From Candidatus Limnocylindrales bacterium (GTDB lineage Bacteria > Chloroflexota > Limnocylindria > Limnocylindrales > CSP1-4), in the NCBI GenBank assembly GCA_038214375.1, contig JBBQRX010000001.1, positions 77,131 to 141,130 on the forward strand: DNA of 64,000 nucleotides, written 5' to 3'. How positions within the stretch are numbered: the stretch's first letter is position 1; each line of letters opens with the position of its first letter. Positions 1-7,903 of this stretch are shown here, piece after piece. The notes under the pieces were generated by a model, which saw nothing but the letters and a program-made list of their open reading frames with translations, was not told the DNA's origin and searched no databases. Both the position numbers and the translations under genes were made by a program.

Positions 1-974
1 AGCGCCGCCTGCATCCTGCGACCCGCGTCGCGGGCGTCGCCGCGGAGCGCAAGGCCGTGGATCGCCGGCCGACCGTCGCGGTCCAGGCGCACGAGCTTCT
101 CCCCGAGGCAGGCGAAGACGTCCCGGTCGGCTCCCGTGAACGCCGTTCGACGGGCGAAATCGCGCACGTACCGCGGCGCCATGCTGAACGCGTTCGGCAT
201 CAGCTCGGAGAGATAGCTCCGGCTCTTGCCGTGGAGGATCCCGGTCAGGGCGGCCGCGAGGAAACGGTCGGTCCGATCCGCGACGTCGAGGCGACTCCGG
301 ACGAACAGGAGCTGGCCCAGGGTTCGCGGATGGTACGCGAGCGCCACTTCGAGCGGAAGGGGCTCGTCGCCGTCGCCGACCGATGCCCCGGATCCCGCGC
401 GGGGGACCGCGAAGTCGGGGACGGGTGCGGCATGCCCGCCTTCGCCGGTCGCCGGCGGGCTGGCGGCCAGCGTTCGAGCTGCGGACCGGGCCAGCTCGTC
501 GCCGAGCGCCTCCCACCCGGCCGCCTCGAACGACCAGGCGATCCGAAGCCGCGCGACGCGCGCGGCAGCTTCTCCGGCCGTCGGCGGGTCCACTTTTGCG
601 GCCGTCAGGATGTGGGCGAACGGGTTGAGGTCGTTGCCCACGCCCAGCCGACCCTCGACGCAGGCCTGGAGCGGGACCGTGCCGCGACCTGAGAACGGGT
701 CCAGGACCACATCGCCGGGCCGGGAGTAGCGGGCGATGAACGCGTGCGCGAGCGCCGCCGGGAAGCTCGCGAGGTACGAGCACATCGGGTGGAAGGCATG
801 TCCCCAGAGGCGGGCGCGGTCCTTCCAGTCGGCCTCGATCGGGAGCCGCGGAAGGTCGCGGACGAGGTCGAGGTCGAGCTGCGCGGCGCGGATGGGCTCG
901 GTTCCCGGCGCGGAAGCAGCCCCGGGAGCAGCCCCGGGAGCAGCCCCGGGAGCCGCCCCGGAGGCTCCAGGCAT
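1..974 (-). CDS. SAM-dependent DNA methyltransferase (N6-adenine/N4-cytosine class), N-terminal part; ORF continues past the left edge
   Basis: Own translation of the minus strand from ATG at 974-972. The frame stays open to nt 1; it is absent from the ORF track because there is no stop in the window. ...HPMCSYLASFPAALAHAFIARYSRPGDVVLDPFSGRGTVPLQACVEGRLGVGNDLNP... carries the DPFxGxGT AdoMet-binding motif of DNA methylases. The N-terminus has AAPG x3 from a 15-bp repeat. Confidence 0.6.
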   Translation of the reverse strand, partial: MPGASGAAPGAAPGAAPGAASAPGTEPIRAAQLDLDLVRDLPRLPIEADWKDRARLWGHAFHPMCSYLASFPAALAHAFIARYSRPGDVVLDPFSGRGTVPLQACVEGRLGVGNDLNPFAHILTAAKVDPPTAGEAAARVARLRIAWSFEAAGWEALGDELARSAARTLAASPPATGEGGHAAPVPDFAVPRAGSGASVGDGDEPLPLEVALAYHPRTLGQLLFVRSRLDVADRTDRFLAAALTGILHGKSRSYLSELMPNAFSMAPRYVRDFARRTAFTGADRDVFACLGEKLVRLDRDGRPAIHGLALRGDARDAGRRMQAA

Positions 975-1120
975 CCGGCGCCCCGCCGGCGCGGAGTCCG
1001 GTGCCCGGCCACTGAAGGCGCCGCGAAGCTGGATCGGCGGGCGGGCGTTGGCCGGGCGGAGCGGAGCGGGCTTGGCCACGGCGAGCGGGCGCGCGGTCGG
1101 GTCCGGGGACGCGACGTCGC

Positions 1121-1290
1121 GCCTCACGCGTTGCGCCTCGGGTCGCTCGCGCCGGGCCGCGGGTCGCTCGCGCCGGGCCTCACGCGTCGGCGAGGCACCC
1201 GCGTCGAGTCGCTCACGCCTCATGCGTTGCGCCTCGAGTCGCTCGCGCCGGGCCTCACGCGTCGAGCCTCACGCGTCGGGTCGCACGCGG
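1121..1290. repeat. complex tandem repeat (38-nt unit recurring with 96-bp period plus nested short repeats)
   Basis: gcctcaYgcgttgcgcctcgRgtcgctcgcgccgggcc at 1121-1158 and 1217-1254 (2 mismatches). Nested gggtcgctcgcgccgggcc x2 and cctcacgcgtcg x3. Confidence 0.8.
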
Positions 1291-1306
1291 CGCACGCCGA
1301 CATTCC

Positions 1307-1494
1307 TCCGGAATATGCGCGCGGAGACTGGTATGTGAGTGCGGACCGCCGTTCGGCGGCGCCGCGGTCCAATTGTGCCGCTCTGGAGGCGGGCCGCGAG
1401 CGTGAGCGGAAGGCGAATTCGGTTCGATACCTCGGTTCGGGACCCTGGTCGGGCGCACTCCGGCGCATACGAGTCCGGGGGCGCATATTCCGGA
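1307..1494. repeat. long imperfect inverted repeat (about 190-nt hairpin-forming element)
   Basis: ccggaatatgcg (1308-1319) is the exact reverse complement of cgcatattccgg (1482-1493). Inner arm segments gact, gtatg, gagtgcg, gacc (1326-1347) match reverse complements at 1447-1475, interrupted by internal loops. Confidence 0.6.
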
Positions 1495-1901
1495 CGAAAG
1501 GACGCCGCCCCATCGGTCGAGGCGCCAGGGATGCCGGGTGAGCGTCCTCGCGCGCGGCTGCCGGATCGCCGGCCCGGTCCTGACATCGTCCGCGCCGCTG
1601 CGAGACCGGCGTGCCCGGATGCGAAGCCTGCCTGCTCGTCCGGACCTCGTCCGCGGCCACGCTGCCACCTCCGATGACGCGACGCGGCTCGAAGCCGTCC
1701 GCGGGGCGCGGAGCATAGCACGGGCGTTCGGGCGCGAACACGCGCCGAGAGCGCGAGCCCCGCGGTGCAGCTGCCGCCGGGGAGGCACGGACGCCTGCCG
1801 CCAAGGGGACGGTCGTAGCCCGCCGACGACACGAACGGCCCGGTGCGACCCCCCGAATTCGACGGCGGAAGGTGGGCCGACTTGGACTACGCTAGCGGCG
1901 T

Positions 1902-1977
1902 GCCCCCGTAGCTCAATGGATAGAGCGACCGGTTTCTACCCGGTTGGTTGCGGGTTCGACTCCTGCCGGGGGCGCCA
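1902..1977 (+). tRNA. tRNA-Arg (anticodon TCT), CCA encoded
   Basis: Hand-folded cloverleaf: acceptor GCCCCCG/CGGGGGC, D arm GCTC-AATGGATA-GAGC, anticodon stem ACCGG/CCGGT with loop TTTCTAC, T arm GCGGG-TTCGACT-CCTGC, discriminator G, CCA. Confidence 0.9.
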
Positions 1978-2495
1978 ATGTGCTGCGGGTCAAACGCCTG
2001 GCGGGTGAACCGTGCGCTGACCCGACGACGACGCGCCCCGGGCGTTGGGGCACACATCGTGCAGTCAACTCGGGCGTGGCCGGCTATTCCGCCCCAGGAC
2101 CGGCCGGAGCAGGCTTCAGCCAGGCACGCCACGAGGTCGCGCTGTTCGACAGCGGTCCGCCCGTCGAACCGGAGTCCGCCTCGTTCATGCTGGCCGACCG
2201 CCACGCCGCCGCCCTCGGCGCGGATCGACCGCCCGGGGCGCGTGCTGGCCGCAACAACAGATCAGCACGCCGAAATACGGTGCGTTTGGCACTGTCACGG
2301 CCCGGCAGCCGTCCCGGATCGTGCCCCTCAACGGATTCCATCACGACCCGCTCGGAACCCGAACCACAGCTCCCCAGCAGCGGGCCGATTCGACAGGCGG
2401 CGCACACGTCGAGGCAACGGACTGCGGCGGCAGTCCACCCAGGAGCTCGCCGAGCGCGGGTCTCCCCGTACGATCGAGGACGAGGAACTGAACGC

Positions 2496-4238
2496 ATGAG
2501 CATGGACAAGATCCTGCGCATCGACATGGGCGCCGAGGGCGGCCCCAAGGCCACGATCCAGCCGCTCGGCGACTACGCGGGTCTGGGCGGCCGCGCCATG
2601 ACCTCGCTGGTCGTGAGCGCCGAGGTCGATCCGCTCTGCCATCCGCTGAGCGCGGCCAACAAGCTGGTCTTCGCGCCGGGCATGCTGACCGGCTCGGCCG
2701 CGTCCACGAGCGGGCGCATCTCCGTCGGCTGCAAGAGCCCGCTCACGGGCGGGATCAAGGAAGCCAACGCGGGCGGCCAGGCGGGCCAGGCGATGGCGCG
2801 GCTCGGCTACGCGGCGATCGTCGTCGAGGGCCAGCCCGCGGGAGACGACCTGTGGACCATCCTCATCAACAAGAAGGGGATCTCGTTCAAGGTCGACAAC
2901 AGCCTCAAGGGCCTGGGCACCTATGACGGCGTCGAGAAGCTCCGCGCGGAGTACGGCGAGAAGGTCACCTTCATGCTCATCGGCCAGGCCGGCGAGATGA
3001 TGTTGCCGGCCGCCTCGATCGCCGCCTGTGACCGAGAGATGCACCCGACCCGCCACATGGGCCGCGGCGGCGTCGGCGCCGTGATGGGTTCCAAGAAGAT
3101 CAAGGCGTTCATCCTCGACGAGACCGGGACCAAGACCCGCCAGCCGGCCGACGAGGCGCGCTTCAAGGCCGCGGCCACGACCTTCAACGAGGGGCTTCGG
3201 CGCCACGGCGTGACGGGCACCGGCCTGCCGTCGTTCGGGACCAACGTCCTGACCAACATCCTCAACGAGGCCGGAGGCTACCCCACCCGCAACTTCAGCA
3301 CCGGCCAGTTCGAGGATGCCACCAAGATCAGTGGCGAGACCCAGGCCGCCCTGATGACCGAGCGCGGCGGCGAGGCCACCCACGGCTGCCACCGCGGCTG
3401 CATCATCCAGTGCTCCGGCATCTACTACGACGCGACCGGCAAATACCAGAGCAAGCAGGCCGAGTACGAGACGGTCTGGTCGTTCGGCGGAAACCTCGGT
3501 ATCAACGACCTCGACACCATCCAGGCGCTCGACCGCCTGTGCGACGACGCGGGCATCGACACGATCGATGCCGGGGTTGCGGTCGGCGTCGCGATGGAGG
3601 GCGGGCTGCTGCCGTTCGGCGACGGCCCGGGTGCCATCCGCCTCCTCACCGAGGTCGGCAAGGGCACCCCGCTCGGCCGGATCATCGGCTCCGGCGCCGG
3701 CACCACCGGCAAGGCCTTCGGCGTCGAGCGTGTGCCCGTCGTCAAGAACCAGGCGCTCCCGGCCTACGACCCACGCGCGGTCCAGGGCATGGGCGTCACC
3801 TATGCCACGACCCCGATGGGTGCCGACCACACCGCCGGCTATGCCGTGACGGCGAACATCCTCAAGGTCGGCGGCTTCGTCGATCCGCTCAAGCCCGAGG
3901 GCCAGGTAGAGCTTTCGCGCAACCTCCAGATCGCGACCGCCGCGATCGACTCGACGGGCATGTGCCTCTTCATCGCTTTCCCGGTCCTGGACCAGCCCGA
4001 GACCTTCAGCGCGCTCGTCGAGATCATCAACGGCTTCTACGACATCAACCTGACGGCCGACGATGTGACGGCGCTCGGCAGGAAGGTGCTCGACGCCGAG
4101 CTCGACTTCAACGCCAGGGCGGGCTTCACCGCGCTCGACGATCGCCTGCCGCGCTTCTTCGAGGAGCAGCCCCTCGCGCCGCACAACGTCACCTTCCAGG
4201 TGACCGACGCGGAGCTGGACGCGGTCTTCAGCTCGTAG
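2496..4238 (+). CDS. aldehyde:ferredoxin oxidoreductase family tungstopterin enzyme (AOR)
   Basis: MSMDKILRIDMGAEGG...GGRAMTS...NKLVFAPGMLTGS..SGRISVGCKSPLTGGIKEANAGG is a typical AOR N-terminal domain, 580 aa. Start re-set from the track ORF 1944..4238 to ATG 2496, preceded by gaggacgagga. High GC3. Confidence 0.9.
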   Translation: MSMDKILRIDMGAEGGPKATIQPLGDYAGLGGRAMTSLVVSAEVDPLCHPLSAANKLVFAPGMLTGSAASTSGRISVGCKSPLTGGIKEANAGGQAGQAMARLGYAAIVVEGQPAGDDLWTILINKKGISFKVDNSLKGLGTYDGVEKLRAEYGEKVTFMLIGQAGEMMLPAASIAACDREMHPTRHMGRGGVGAVMGSKKIKAFILDETGTKTRQPADEARFKAAATTFNEGLRRHGVTGTGLPSFGTNVLTNILNEAGGYPTRNFSTGQFEDATKISGETQAALMTERGGEATHGCHRGCIIQCSGIYYDATGKYQSKQAEYETVWSFGGNLGINDLDTIQALDRLCDDAGIDTIDAGVAVGVAMEGGLLPFGDGPGAIRLLTEVGKGTPLGRIIGSGAGTTGKAFGVERVPVVKNQALPAYDPRAVQGMGVTYATTPMGADHTAGYAVTANILKVGGFVDPLKPEGQVELSRNLQIATAAIDSTGMCLFIAFPVLDQPETFSALVEIINGFYDINLTADDVTALGRKVLDAELDFNARAGFTALDDRLPRFFEEQPLAPHNVTFQVTDAELDAVFSS

Positions 4239-4251
4239 CACCTCGAAGCGG

Positions 4252-4692
4252 GTGGGTGGCGGCATGCTGACGAGCCGCCACCCGCCTGCCGCCCTTCGCG
4301 AAACCGCGCTCGCGGGGCGGGCGCCGCAACCGCATCCCGAGCTCGTGCCCGCGCATCGCCGCCCGTATCCCTCGAAGCTCTTCGTCGAGGTGACGACGCG
4401 CTGCAACCTACGCTGCGCGATGTGCGTGAAGCAGGCTCCCGGGCAGGGCCTCGTCGAGGGCGACATGACTGCCGAGACGTTCGCACGCCTCGGGCCCGCC
4501 TTCCCGCACCTCGAGGCGCTCGTCCTCAACGGAATCGGCGAACCAACCCTCCACCGCGGGCTCGAGGGCTTCATCGCGGCAGCGAAGCTCGCCATGCCGG
4601 CGAGCGGCTGGGTCGGCTTCCAGACGAACGGCCAGCTGCTGGGTCGGCGGCGGGCCGACTCGCTCGTCGCCGCGGGCGTGGACCGCATCTGA
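4252..4692 (+). CDS. radical SAM/SPASM maturase, N-terminal segment (radical SAM core) ending at an in-frame TGA
   Basis: VEVTTRCNLRCAMC carries the CxxxCxxC AdoMet-radical cluster motif. It ends ...AAGVDRI-TGA in the same frame as the next ORF. It lies immediately downstream of the AOR gene. Confidence 0.75.
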   Translation: MGGGMLTSRHPPAALRETALAGRAPQPHPELVPAHRRPYPSKLFVEVTTRCNLRCAMCVKQAPGQGLVEGDMTAETFARLGPAFPHLEALVLNGIGEPTLHRGLEGFIAAAKLAMPASGWVGFQTNGQLLGRRRADSLVAAGVDRI

Positions 4693-4707
4693 ATCTCGGC
4701 CGATGCG

Positions 4708-5637
4708 GTGGCGCCCGAGCAGCTCAGGGCGCTCCACGGCGGCGCGCGACTCGGCCCGATCGAGTCGGCCGCCGGGTGGCTGCACGACGCGGCGCGGACC
4801 TCCGGCCGCTCGGTCAGTCTGGGCCTCGAGTTCGTCGCGATGCGGAGCAACCTCCACGAGCTGCCCGACCTGGTCCGGTGGGCCGCGGCTCATGACTTCG
4901 GCTTCCTCCTCGTCAGCCACATGCTCCCGTACGACGCGGCGATGGCCGGCGAGGCGGCCTTCAGCCCGACGTCCGACCGTGCGCTCGAGATCTACCGGAC
5001 GTGGCGCGACCGGGCGACCGCCGAGGGCGTGGACCTCGGGCGCTACCTCGCGACGCACATGCAGATCTCGCCATCGCCCGAGGACCGGCGCGCGATCGAG
5101 CTCGTCCGCGGGATGGTCACAGACGCGACGGCGAGGGGCGTCTCGCTCAAGGTGGCGGAGCTCCTCCGCTTCGACGAGGCGCGACTCGAGGAGGTCGAGG
5201 CCGTGTTCGGCAGCGCATCGGCCATCGCCCGGCAGCTTGGCATCGACCTCCGGCTCCCCCGGACGGTGCCGACCCAGGTCCGGCGCTGCGACTTTGTCGA
5301 GGAGGGCTCGGCGTTTGTCTCGTGGGACGGCAATCTCCATCCGTGCTACTTCCTCTGGCACGGCTTCCAGTGCCACCTGGCGGGGCTGGTTAAGGAGGTC
5401 CGGCCGCGAACGTTCGGAAGCGTCGCGGACCGGGGGATCCTCGAGACCTGGAACGGGGACGAATGGCGCACCTTCCGCGGCGACGTGACCGCCTACGACT
5501 TCCCGTTCTGCTACGACTGCAATCTCGCGATGTGCGACTACGTGGCGGGCGGCGACTTCGAGCAGGACTGCCACATCTCGTCGGTGCCGTGCGCCGCCTG
5601 CCTCTGGTGCACGGGCCCGTTCCAGTGCCTGCGTTGA
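4708..5637 (+). CDS. radical SAM/SPASM maturase, C-terminal segment (remaining barrel plus SPASM domain)
   Basis: Same reading frame as 4252..4692. The sequence right after the TGA reads ISADAVAPEQL, the usual ..ISxD.. strand of rSAM proteins. The C-terminal Cys-rich CDFVEEGSAFVSWDGNLHPC (CX13GX4C), CYDCNLAMC and CAACLWC fit a SPASM auxiliary-cluster domain. Confidence 0.75.
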   Translation: MAPEQLRALHGGARLGPIESAAGWLHDAARTSGRSVSLGLEFVAMRSNLHELPDLVRWAAAHDFGFLLVSHMLPYDAAMAGEAAFSPTSDRALEIYRTWRDRATAEGVDLGRYLATHMQISPSPEDRRAIELVRGMVTDATARGVSLKVAELLRFDEARLEEVEAVFGSASAIARQLGIDLRLPRTVPTQVRRCDFVEEGSAFVSWDGNLHPCYFLWHGFQCHLAGLVKEVRPRTFGSVADRGILETWNGDEWRTFRGDVTAYDFPFCYDCNLAMCDYVAGGDFEQDCHISSVPCAACLWCTGPFQCLR

Positions 5638-5705
5638 GCGGCGGCCGGCAACGCCGGCGCGGCGGGACAGCCGAAGACGTCGCGGGCGGCCCCGGCCGGC
5701 TCACG

Positions 5706-5750
5706 CACGTGCGCCACGTGCGCCACGTGCGCCATGTGCGTCACGTGCCG
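5706..5750. repeat. 9-bp tandem repeat (CACGTGCGC) x5, each unit carrying the CACGTG palindrome (fourth unit degenerate, CATGTG)
   Basis: cacgtgcgc cacgtgcgc cacgtgcgc catgtgcgt cacgtgccg. It lies between the convergent rSAM and thiF-like genes, and the last units overlap the thiF-like stop codon. Confidence 0.9.
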
Positions 5751-6781
5751 ACGTAGCGCGCGTAGAGCGAGCGTGCGACCGCGAGGTCGCTCGTCCCCTT
5801 GATGATTGCCCGGCCGTCGGCGAAGACCGTCATCTCGTGCCCGTCCACCCGGCAGCGGACCAGGTAGTCGTTCAGCGTGACCGGCCCGGTCGCCTCCATC
5901 CGGCGGCCAAGGTCCGCGAGGTCGAGCGTCTGGACCTGCCCTGGGCTCACCTGGATTGCATCGCGCCCGCAGAGCGACGCGGTCCGGCTGGTCGCGCGCG
6001 CATCGAGATAGTCGAAGCGCCGCTGCCCGCAGCACGGGCAGTCGGGGTCCCGAAGCCTGCCCTCCGCCTGGAGATGGTCGTTCGTCCACACGTCCACGGC
6101 GGTCAGCCCGGGGTTGCGGTTCTTTCGGTCGCCGACCAGAAGCTTGAGCACCTCCGCACACTGGATCGCGGCGACCGTGACGATCCCGGCGGCCAGCACC
6201 CCGGCCGTCTCGCACGTCTCCATCGAGCCGGCTGGCAGGGGGCTGGGGAAGAGACACCGGAAGCAGGCGGTCTCGCCGGGCACGATGGTCATGGACATGC
6301 CGGTCGACCCGACCGCCCCGCCGTAGATCCAGGCGACGCCGAGCTTCACGCACGCGTCGTTGAAGAGGTAGCGGCTCTCGAGATTGTCGGTCCCGTCGAG
6401 GACCACGTCCGCCCCCGTCACGAACTGCTCGACGTTGGCCGGGGTCAGGTCGGCGACGAACGGTCGGACCTCGACCTCCGCGTTGATCCGCGCCACCGCG
6501 CGGGCCGCGGCGACAGCCTTCGGCAGGCCGGCCGCCGCATCAGCCTCGTCGAACAGGAGCTGGCGCTGGAGGTTGCTCAGCTCGACGACATCGCGGTCCA
6601 CGACCGTGATCCGGCCGACGCCGGCGCGTGCGAGGAGGTTCACCGCGGCGGATCCCAGCCCGCCGCAGCCAACGACCAGGATGCGGGCGGCCCGTATCCG
6701 CTCCTGCCCGGCCGGGCCGATTCCCCAGAATCGCGACTGGCGGGAGTACCGGTCCGCGTCCACTGGTCGATCCGTGGCCAA
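5741..6781 (-). CDS. ThiF/MoeB/HesA-family E1-like adenylyltransferase with C-terminal extension
   Basis: DRYSRQSRFWGIGPAGQERIRAARILVVGCGGLGS (nucleotide-binding GxGxxG), CFRC and CPCC zinc motifs, C-terminal ...TVFADGRAIIKGTSDLAVARSLYARYVG. The track start at 6889 is rejected because codons 6782-6889 have low GC3. TTG at 6781 follows caggggaag (SD). Confidence 0.8.
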   Translation of the reverse strand: MATDRPVDADRYSRQSRFWGIGPAGQERIRAARILVVGCGGLGSAAVNLLARAGVGRITVVDRDVVELSNLQRQLLFDEADAAAGLPKAVAAARAVARINAEVEVRPFVADLTPANVEQFVTGADVVLDGTDNLESRYLFNDACVKLGVAWIYGGAVGSTGMSMTIVPGETACFRCLFPSPLPAGSMETCETAGVLAAGIVTVAAIQCAEVLKLLVGDRKNRNPGLTAVDVWTNDHLQAEGRLRDPDCPCCGQRRFDYLDARATSRTASLCGRDAIQVSPGQVQTLDLADLGRRMEATGPVTLNDYLVRCRVDGHEMTVFADGRAIIKGTSDLAVARSLYARYVGT

Positions 6782-6916
6782 GTCGTCTTCCCCTGCAGTT
6801 TTGGTTCGGGCCGCCTCCCTCACCTCGTGCCATTCTACCCGCGGGCCGCGGCCGTGCCATGCGAGTGGGAACGCATATCGAGGTATCATGGCGTTCTGTT
6901 GGTGCTACACCTATGG

Positions 6917-7855
6917 ATGGCGACCTCAATGACGACCTATTCATCGCGGCTTGCAGCAGTGCTGGTCGGTGCAATGGTGGTCGCCGCGGCCTGCAGCTCG
7001 GGGTCGTCGCCGAGCCCGCAGACGAGCTCGCCCGCGGTCGGCGTGGCTCCGGCTTCTGCGGCGGCCTCTCCGGCCCCGAGCCTCACCGGCACGAAGGACC
7101 TGATCCTCGCCACGACCACCTCCACGCAGGACTCGGGCCTCCTGGACGTCCTCGTGCCGGCGTTCGAGCAGGCATCGGGCTACGTCGTGAAGACGGTGGC
7201 GGTCGGCACCGGCCAGGCGTTGAAGATGGGCCAGGACGGCAATGCCGACGTGCTCCTGGTCCACGCGCCAACCGCCGAGAGGGCCTTCATGGACGCAGGC
7301 TGGGGCGTTGACCGCCGGCTGGTCATGCACAACTACTTCCAGCTTGTTGGTCCGAAGAGCGACCCCGCGGGAATCCGCGGGATGACCTCTGTCGCCGACG
7401 CGTTCAAGAAGATCGCCGCGGCCGGGGCCACGTTTGTCTCGCGGGGTGACGGCTCCGGGACCGAGACGAAGGAGCTCGCCATCTGGAAGACGGCGGGCAT
7501 CACGCCCAAGGGCGACGCCTGGTACCTGCAGTCCGGGCAGGGCATGGGGCCGACCCTACAGATCGCCTCGGAGAAGGGCAGCTACACCCTCACCGACAAC
7601 GCGACGTTCCTCGCCAACAGCGCGAAGCTCAGCCTCGAGGTCCTCGTGCAGGACGATCCGATCCTCCTCAACATCTATCACGTCATCGGCGTGAACCCCG
7701 CGAAGTGGCCGAAGGTCAATACCGCGGGCGCAACGGCCTTCGCCGACTACGTCACCTCGGCCGCCGGGCAGGCGCTCATCGCGGGCTTCGGCTCCCAGTA
7801 CGGCGGAACGCTCTTCGTGGCGGACGCCGGGAAGGCCGAGAGCGACGTCAAGTAG
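6917..7855 (+). CDS. tupA: tungstate ABC transporter substrate-binding lipoprotein TupA
   Basis: Lipobox VVAAAC, then ILATTTSTQDSGLLDVLVPAFE, the TupA-type anion-binding signature. The track ORF 5837..7855 is antisense to thiF upstream of this ATG. Confidence 0.85.
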   Translation: MATSMTTYSSRLAAVLVGAMVVAAACSSGSSPSPQTSSPAVGVAPASAAASPAPSLTGTKDLILATTTSTQDSGLLDVLVPAFEQASGYVVKTVAVGTGQALKMGQDGNADVLLVHAPTAERAFMDAGWGVDRRLVMHNYFQLVGPKSDPAGIRGMTSVADAFKKIAAAGATFVSRGDGSGTETKELAIWKTAGITPKGDAWYLQSGQGMGPTLQIASEKGSYTLTDNATFLANSAKLSLEVLVQDDPILLNIYHVIGVNPAKWPKVNTAGATAFADYVTSAAGQALIAGFGSQYGGTLFVADAGKAESDVK

Positions 7856-7903
7856 TCGTCGCTCTCGGGGTCCGGGCCTCGAAACCGGTAGGCTTCGCGC
7901 CCG

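Noticed and set aside
1944-2495. N-terminal extensions of track ORFs. Examples: 1944 for AOR, 5837 for tupA, 8338 for tupC, 50299 for carB, 15606..17231 for the aminotransferase, 40906 for meaB.
   Set aside because: The extensions overlap a tRNA or other genes and lose homology and GC3 bias. They are replaced by internal starts that have SD sequences or ATGA/GTGA coupling to the upstream gene.
2380-2495. Possible Moco/tungsten-cofactor riboswitch in the AOR leader: hairpin ggactgc-ggcg-gcagtcc at 2419-2436, and CCACCCAGG…CUCCCCGUA…GAGGA loosely resembling the 3' part of the E. coli moaA element. A second candidate is CGCCUCCC upstream of tupA at about 6810.
   Set aside because: Only short, loose similarities recalled from memory. 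I could not build the multi-stem junction. It needs cmsearch with the Moco RNA model before it can be claimed.
4690-4760. Selenocysteine as the preferred explanation of the in-frame TGA in the rSAM/SPASM gene.
   Set aside because: Not preferred. The codon aligns with a normally variable, non-Cys position of the ..v.iSxD. strand. The downstream hairpin lacks obvious bSECIS loop features. No Sec machinery is visible in this window. It is kept only as an alternative to test.
2328-4850. Very long antisense or off-frame ORFs. Examples: 2328..4850 minus (840 aa), 45663..48983 minus (1106 aa), 30205..32907 minus (900 aa), 57759..59897 minus (712 aa), 34991..37015 minus (674 aa), 8191..10023 minus (610 aa), 21771..23576 minus (601 aa).
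   Set aside because: All are Arg/Ala/Pro/Gly-rich with no family resemblance. They lie opposite or out of frame to genes with clear homology and high GC3. This is the typical stop-codon-poor artefact of very GC-rich DNA.
6782-6889. ATG 6889 as the start of the ThiF-like gene (track ORF 5741..6889).
   Set aside because: 13 of the 36 extra codons end in A/T, against a strong GC3 bias elsewhere. That start would leave only 27 bp for the divergent tupA promoter. TTG 6781 with an upstream GGGGAAG gives a normal ThiF N-terminus (…DRYSRQ).
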